Positions 60,642 through 64,000 of a stretch of DNA of 64,000 nt are shown here, piece after piece. Source of the DNA: an uncultured Alphaproteobacteria bacterium (GTDB lineage Bacteria; Pseudomonadota; Alphaproteobacteria; RF32; CAG-239). The translations under genes and the position numbers were made by a program. Numbering within the stretch: position 1 is the stretch's first letter; each line of letters starts with the position of its first letter. A model generated the notes under the pieces. It saw nothing but the letters and a program-made list of their open reading frames with translations. It had not been told where the DNA came from and searched no databases. The stretch is taken from NCBI GenBank assembly GCA_944393725.1, contig CALYBC010000020.1, forward strand, positions 6,103 to 70,102. The letters are read 5' to 3'.

Positions 60642-61511
60642 ATGAAGGATAAATTGATTATGATGACGGCATTGGTTTTGGAAGGCGGGGCTAAACGAGG
60701 TATCTATACCGCCGGGGTGTTGGATGTGTTGCTTGAAAATAACATTATGACCGATGCCGTGTTCGGGGTGTCGGCGGGGGCTATACATGGCTGTACTTAT
60801 GTGGCCAAACAAAACGGTCGTTCAATCCGTTATAACCTCAAATACGGTAACGACCCCAGATTTATGAGCCTTAAAAATTGGCTAAAAACCGGAAATGTGG
60901 TCGATACAGAATTTTGTTATCATGAATTGCCCGATGTCCTCGACCCGTTTGACCATGATACTTTTGAAAGCAACAAATGTAAATTTTTTGCCGTTTGCTC
61001 CAATATAGAAACCGGAAAAGCCGAATATATCCACTGCCCATCATTACGAGGGGATAATATCAATTATCTAAGAGCCTCGGCTTCTCTGCCGTTTTTTTCG
61101 CAAATTGTTAAGGTTGGCGGACTAAAATTATTGGACGGCGGTATTTGCGACAGTATCCCGCTTGAGGCCGCTCAAAATATGGGATATAACCGTAATATCG
61201 TGATTTTGACCCGACCGGACGGTTATCGCAAGCCTCCGGCTCATAACGGTTGGTTGGCTAACTTGGTGTATCGAAAATATCCTTTGTTTGCCAAAGCTAT
61301 TGCCCAAAGGCATATTATGTATAATCAAGAGCTTGATTATGTTGCCGCGGCGGAAAAAAGCGATAACACTTTAGTTTTGCGGCCGTCAAAAAAAATAAAA
61401 ATCGGCAAGATGGAGCGTAACTTGGATCTTGTCAAGCAGATGTATGAGCTGGGCCGTTTTGATGCTTTAAATGGTCTTGAACGAATCAAAAAGTTTTTGG
61501 AGCAAAATTAG
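60642..61511 (+). CDS. Patatin-like phospholipase family protein
   Basis: 289 aa: oxyanion GGAKRG, nucleophile GVSAGA, catalytic Asp in LLDGGICDSIPL. Confidence 0.88.
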   Translation: MKDKLIMMTALVLEGGAKRGIYTAGVLDVLLENNIMTDAVFGVSAGAIHGCTYVAKQNGRSIRYNLKYGNDPRFMSLKNWLKTGNVVDTEFCYHELPDVLDPFDHDTFESNKCKFFAVCSNIETGKAEYIHCPSLRGDNINYLRASASLPFFSQIVKVGGLKLLDGGICDSIPLEAAQNMGYNRNIVILTRPDGYRKPPAHNGWLANLVYRKYPLFAKAIAQRHIMYNQELDYVAAAEKSDNTLVLRPSKKIKIGKMERNLDLVKQMYELGRFDALNGLERIKKFLEQN

Positions 61512-61538
61512 ATTCTCGGGTCAAGCCCGAGAATGACA
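61511..61538. repeat. 28-bp palindromic repeat, copy 1
   Basis: GATTCTCGGGTCAAGCCCGAGAATGACA (stem ATTCTCGGG / CCCGAGAAT). Identical copies at 61908-61935 and 62073-62100. Confidence 0.9.
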
Positions 61539-61598
61539 AAGAAAGGAAAATAAGCCCGAGAATGATAACACCACAAAGTGTGACAATAAATATTGAAC

Positions 61599-61886
61599 CT
61601 ACTGTATGGAATCATATAAATCTTTCCACTCGGGGTTTTTATCATTTATCAGACTAAGTTTCCATTGTCGTGTATAGTGTTTTAAGTTCTTTTCTCGTTG
61701 TATAGCCTGTATTTCACTGTCAAATACTTCATAATAGACCAGAATATTAAGATTGTATCGTTTTGTAAATCCTTCTATCAGTTTATTTTTATGCTCATAA
61801 ACTCGACGACATAAATCATTAGTTACACCAATATATAATGTACCATCTGGCTTATTACTCATTATGTAAACATAAATGTTCTTCAT
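61599..61886 (-). CDS. GIY-YIG nuclease superfamily protein
   Basis: 95 aa: IYVYIMSNKPDGTLYIGVTNDLCRRVYEHK ... AIQREKNLK. Confidence 0.85.
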   Translation of the reverse strand: MKNIYVYIMSNKPDGTLYIGVTNDLCRRVYEHKNKLIEGFTKRYNLNILVYYEVFDSEIQAIQREKNLKHYTRQWKLSLINDKNPEWKDLYDSIQ

Positions 61887-61907
61887 ATTGCGATTTTACA
61901 TTTATTA

Positions 61908-62190
61908 GATTCTCGGGTCAAGCCCGAGAATGACATAAAAAACACCACCCGAGAATGACATAAAAAACACCACCTGAGAATGACATTTGTTTTTCCGTCA
62001 CCCTCGGACACCACAAACCCGTCACCCTCGGACTTGTTCCGAGGGTCTCATAAACCTTAGCCCCCTTAATGAGATTCTCGGGTCAAGCCCGAGAATGACA
62101 TAAAAAAACAAGCCCGAGAATGACATAAAAAAAACACCACCCGAGAATGACAATAAAAAGCACACGCACGAGAATGACAAAATGTGCTAT
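61908..62190. repeat. Repeat-rich intergenic block: two more 28-bp palindromes, ~25-bp tandem units carrying GAGAATGACA, and a second palindrome family
   Basis: 28-bp copies at 61908-61935 and 62073-62100. CCGAGAATGACATAAAAAACACCAC-type units occur about 7 times. CCGTCACCCTCGGA occurs twice, with the palindrome CCCTCGGACTTGTTCCGAGGG at 62025-62045. Confidence 0.85.
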
Positions 62191-62204
62191 GCTTAAAAAT
62201 AACA

Positions 62205-62780
62205 CTACCCCTGATTAAGGCTCCATTTGCCGTCTTCCCACACAATATGAAACAGTGCCGTGTTGGGCATTTTGTGCGGACCATAACCAAAGGCTAATAG
62301 AAAATAACGCATAGAGCCACTGTGTGAGGCAACTCCGATTACATTTTCTTTGGCTGCAAGCATTTTCTCAAACCCCTTGAACATCCTCTGTTGCATCTCA
62401 AGCTTGCTTTCTCCTTCTGGCCATCTGGTGTCAAGCTTATTTTCATCACCATACCACTCCTGCCATAACTTGGGGTATCGGGCGGCAATATCCGTTTTTA
62501 ACATGCCTTCGCAAACCCCTAAACAGCCTTCCCGTAGTTCCGGCAAAGGTATTACCTTCAAATGTTGCGAGGCCGCCGCTATTTGTGCGGTTTCTAAAGC
62601 TCTTTGCAAAGGAGAGGAATATATTACTTCAAGCCCCAAAGGCTTTAACTTTTCGGCTAGAACTTCGGCCTGGCTAACTCCGGTGGCATTTAACGGTAAA
62701 TCTACTCCGCAACCTTGCCATCTGCCTTCTTTGTTGTAGTCGGTTTCGCCATGACGAAACATATAAAAATCTTTACGCAT
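62205..62780 (-). CDS. Histidine phosphatase (phosphoglycerate mutase-like) family protein
   Basis: 191 aa: RHGETDYN motif and a downstream SHSGSMR histidine. Overlaps the murI stop by 8 nt. Confidence 0.82.
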   Translation of the reverse strand: MRKDFYMFRHGETDYNKEGRWQGCGVDLPLNATGVSQAEVLAEKLKPLGLEVIYSSPLQRALETAQIAAASQHLKVIPLPELREGCLGVCEGMLKTDIAARYPKLWQEWYGDENKLDTRWPEGESKLEMQQRMFKGFEKMLAAKENVIGVASHSGSMRYFLLAFGYGPHKMPNTALFHIVWEDGKWSLNQG

Positions 62781-63564
62781 TTTCTCTCTCTTCTACCTCT
62801 ACTTCGGGAAATAATCTTAATGCGGTTTGGCGGTAATGCTCATTTAGCTTGCTTACCAAAATCTGCAGACTGCCTCCTCTGCTCAAACATATGTCAATTT
62901 CCATATGTCGGTATAAATAATCTTTGAGTTTTGCTCCCATCAATTCATCTTGCGATACAACCTTGACCCGCTCGGGCAAAGCTTGACGAATTGCTTGTTT
63001 GAGCAATGGGTAATGGGTACAACCTAATATCAAAGAATCTATATCAGAAAAGCTTTTGGCATATTCTTGTGCCTTGCTCTCGGCTAGAGCAAAATCATTG
63101 TTCTCAATTGCCGGAACCAACTCGGGAGCCGCCGTTTCGATAACTTCTAAATCGGGCTTTATCTTTTTTAGTTCGGTTTGATAAATATGTGAGCGAACCG
63201 TGGCTTGAGTTGCCAAAACTCCGACTTTGACGGCATTGTCACTTAGAGCCTCTTCAACTGTGGGAATCACTACACCCAAAACCTTAATATCAGGGGCGTA
63301 TTCGGGAATAAATCTCTGCTGTAGGTATCTTAAAGCTATGGATGTTGCGGTATTGCAAGCTATAATGATAATACCGCATTTTTGTGAAATCAGGTATTTT
63401 ATTGCCTCTATGCTATAGGATAAAATTTGTCCGGAAGTTTTTTCGCCATAGGGTAAGTGAGCCGTGTCGCCATAATATACATAGTCGTATTCGGGCATGG
63501 CTTCTACAAACGCCTTGGTAATAACCAGGCCGCCTAAACCGGAATCAAAAACCCCAATTTTCAT
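62773..63564 (-). CDS. murI: Glutamate racemase
   Basis: 263 aa: FDSGLGGL, IIIACNTAT, LILGCTHYPLL. Confidence 0.9.
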   Translation of the reverse strand: MKIGVFDSGLGGLVITKAFVEAMPEYDYVYYGDTAHLPYGEKTSGQILSYSIEAIKYLISQKCGIIIIACNTATSIALRYLQQRFIPEYAPDIKVLGVVIPTVEEALSDNAVKVGVLATQATVRSHIYQTELKKIKPDLEVIETAAPELVPAIENNDFALAESKAQEYAKSFSDIDSLILGCTHYPLLKQAIRQALPERVKVVSQDELMGAKLKDYLYRHMEIDICLSRGGSLQILVSKLNEHYRQTALRLFPEVEVEERENA

Positions 63565-63660
63565 ATATCTTGCCTCGTTTGTTTTAGATCGTCGGGTATA
63601 TTAAAAACTTTTGTTTGGGTTGGCAAGCAGATATTTGATGTTTTTGTTATAACAGATTGC

Positions 63661-63686
63661 AAAAAGCCGGAAACTCTGTTCCGGCC
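63661..63686 (-). terminator. Rho-independent terminator just 3' of the tRNA fragment
   Basis: On the minus strand: GCCGGAA, loop CAGAGT, TTCCGGC, followed by TTTTT. Confidence 0.6.
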
Positions 63687-63697
63687 TTTACTAGAAT

Positions 63698-63747
63698 TGG
63701 TGGGAGTGGCAGGACTCGAACCTGCGACCTCTACGATGTCAACGTAA
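63698..63747 (-). pseudogene. 3' fragment (anticodon arm to CCA) of tRNA-Val(GAC); the 5' half is absent
   Basis: The reverse complement reads TTACG TTGACAT CGTAG AGGTC GCAGG TTCGAGT CCTGC CACTCCC A CCA: anticodon stem-loop with GAC, variable loop, T-arm, 3' acceptor strand. The expected 5' acceptor strand GGGAGTG and the D-arm are not found in the next 150 nt, which are AT-rich. Confidence 0.7.
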
Positions 63748-63902
63748 ATTCTATTTGTTTTATATTATTTTCTTATTTACTCTTATATATGATAATTACT
63801 TATTTTTCAATGATTTTATGTTGACTTATGTTTTCTCAGCGATTATGTTAAATGAATAAATTTACTAAAATCAGTTACCTATCTGTTACCTGAGAGGGAG
63901 AC

Positions 63903-64000
63903 ATGCCAAAATTATCTAAAAGCTTTGTAAATCAAATTAAGGACCTTACTTATAAAGACAAAACCTTTACTGATGATGAAATCAAAAAATTAGCTATTCG
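63903..64000 (+). CDS. Partial CDS (N-terminal 32 codons) of an integrase with an Arm-type (DUF4102-like) N-terminus
   Basis: GAGGGAG RBS. MPKLSKSFVNQIKDLTYKDKTFTDDEIKKLAIR fits the KLT-x-FV-x-IK ... D-x-E-(I/L)-KG(F/L)-x-(I/L)R pattern of P4-type integrase N-termini. Lies 155 nt from the tRNA fragment. Confidence 0.5.
   Translation, partial: MPKLSKSFVNQIKDLTYKDKTFTDDEIKKLAI

Noticed and set aside
60642-61511. The patatin-like phospholipase, considered as a T4SS or pilus-associated effector (as with VipD or ExoU).
   Set aside because: It is a compact ~290-aa enzyme with no extra targeting or C-terminal domains. It is separated from the pilus operon by a terminator, and it resembles the common housekeeping-type bacterial patatin family.
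62066-62290. 74-aa ORF with a repetitive CHSR/SRAC sequence.
   Set aside because: It is a translation artefact of the GAGAATGACA repeat array, and it overlaps the 3' end of the histidine phosphatase gene.

Overview
64-kb, roughly 40% GC, tightly packed Gram-negative chromosomal segment. About 36 kb of the minus strand (6838-42867) is one expanded VirB-type type IV secretion (T4SS) gene train. In order it carries: three genes with a VirB2/TrbC pilin domain (113 aa, 229 aa, and a 1853-aa giant); virB3 and virB4; six signal-peptide coiled-coil proteins where virB5/virB6 normally sit, four of them forming a duplicated two-gene module; virB8, virB7 (lipoprotein), virB8; virB9 with a C-terminal SPOR domain; a 1101-aa beta-hairpin-repeat protein; a 1448-aa virB10 carrying about 900 aa of the same repeat; virB11; and four unknowns (888-aa hyper-acidic protein, PRPQxQGGQ-repeat protein, secretin-like lipoprotein, Pro-rich bitopic protein). 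To its left, a tandem-HTH regulator faces a second minus-strand operon of VirB6/TrbL-like paralogs. That operon runs off the window in a VirB6-module::M23-peptidase fusion that the ORF track misses. A housekeeping wedge (ROK kinase, luxS-apt-mtnN, aroK, xerD) separates this from a fourth VirB6-like gene. That gene is divergent from an R64/PAPI-1-style type IVb pilus operon: PilL-like lipoprotein, lipoprotein secretin, PilO/PilP-like proteins, GspE-type ATPase, GspF-type platform, and two pilin-fold genes. The right end holds a patatin-like lipase, a GIY-YIG gene bracketed by 28-bp palindromic repeats, a histidine phosphatase, murI, a 3' fragment of tRNA-Val(GAC), and the first 32 codons of an integrase. 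I found no VirD4 coupling protein, relaxase, VirB1-type transglycosylase, prepilin peptidase, rRNA or CRISPR array in the window. All functional calls rest on motif-level reading of the translations; no database search was possible.
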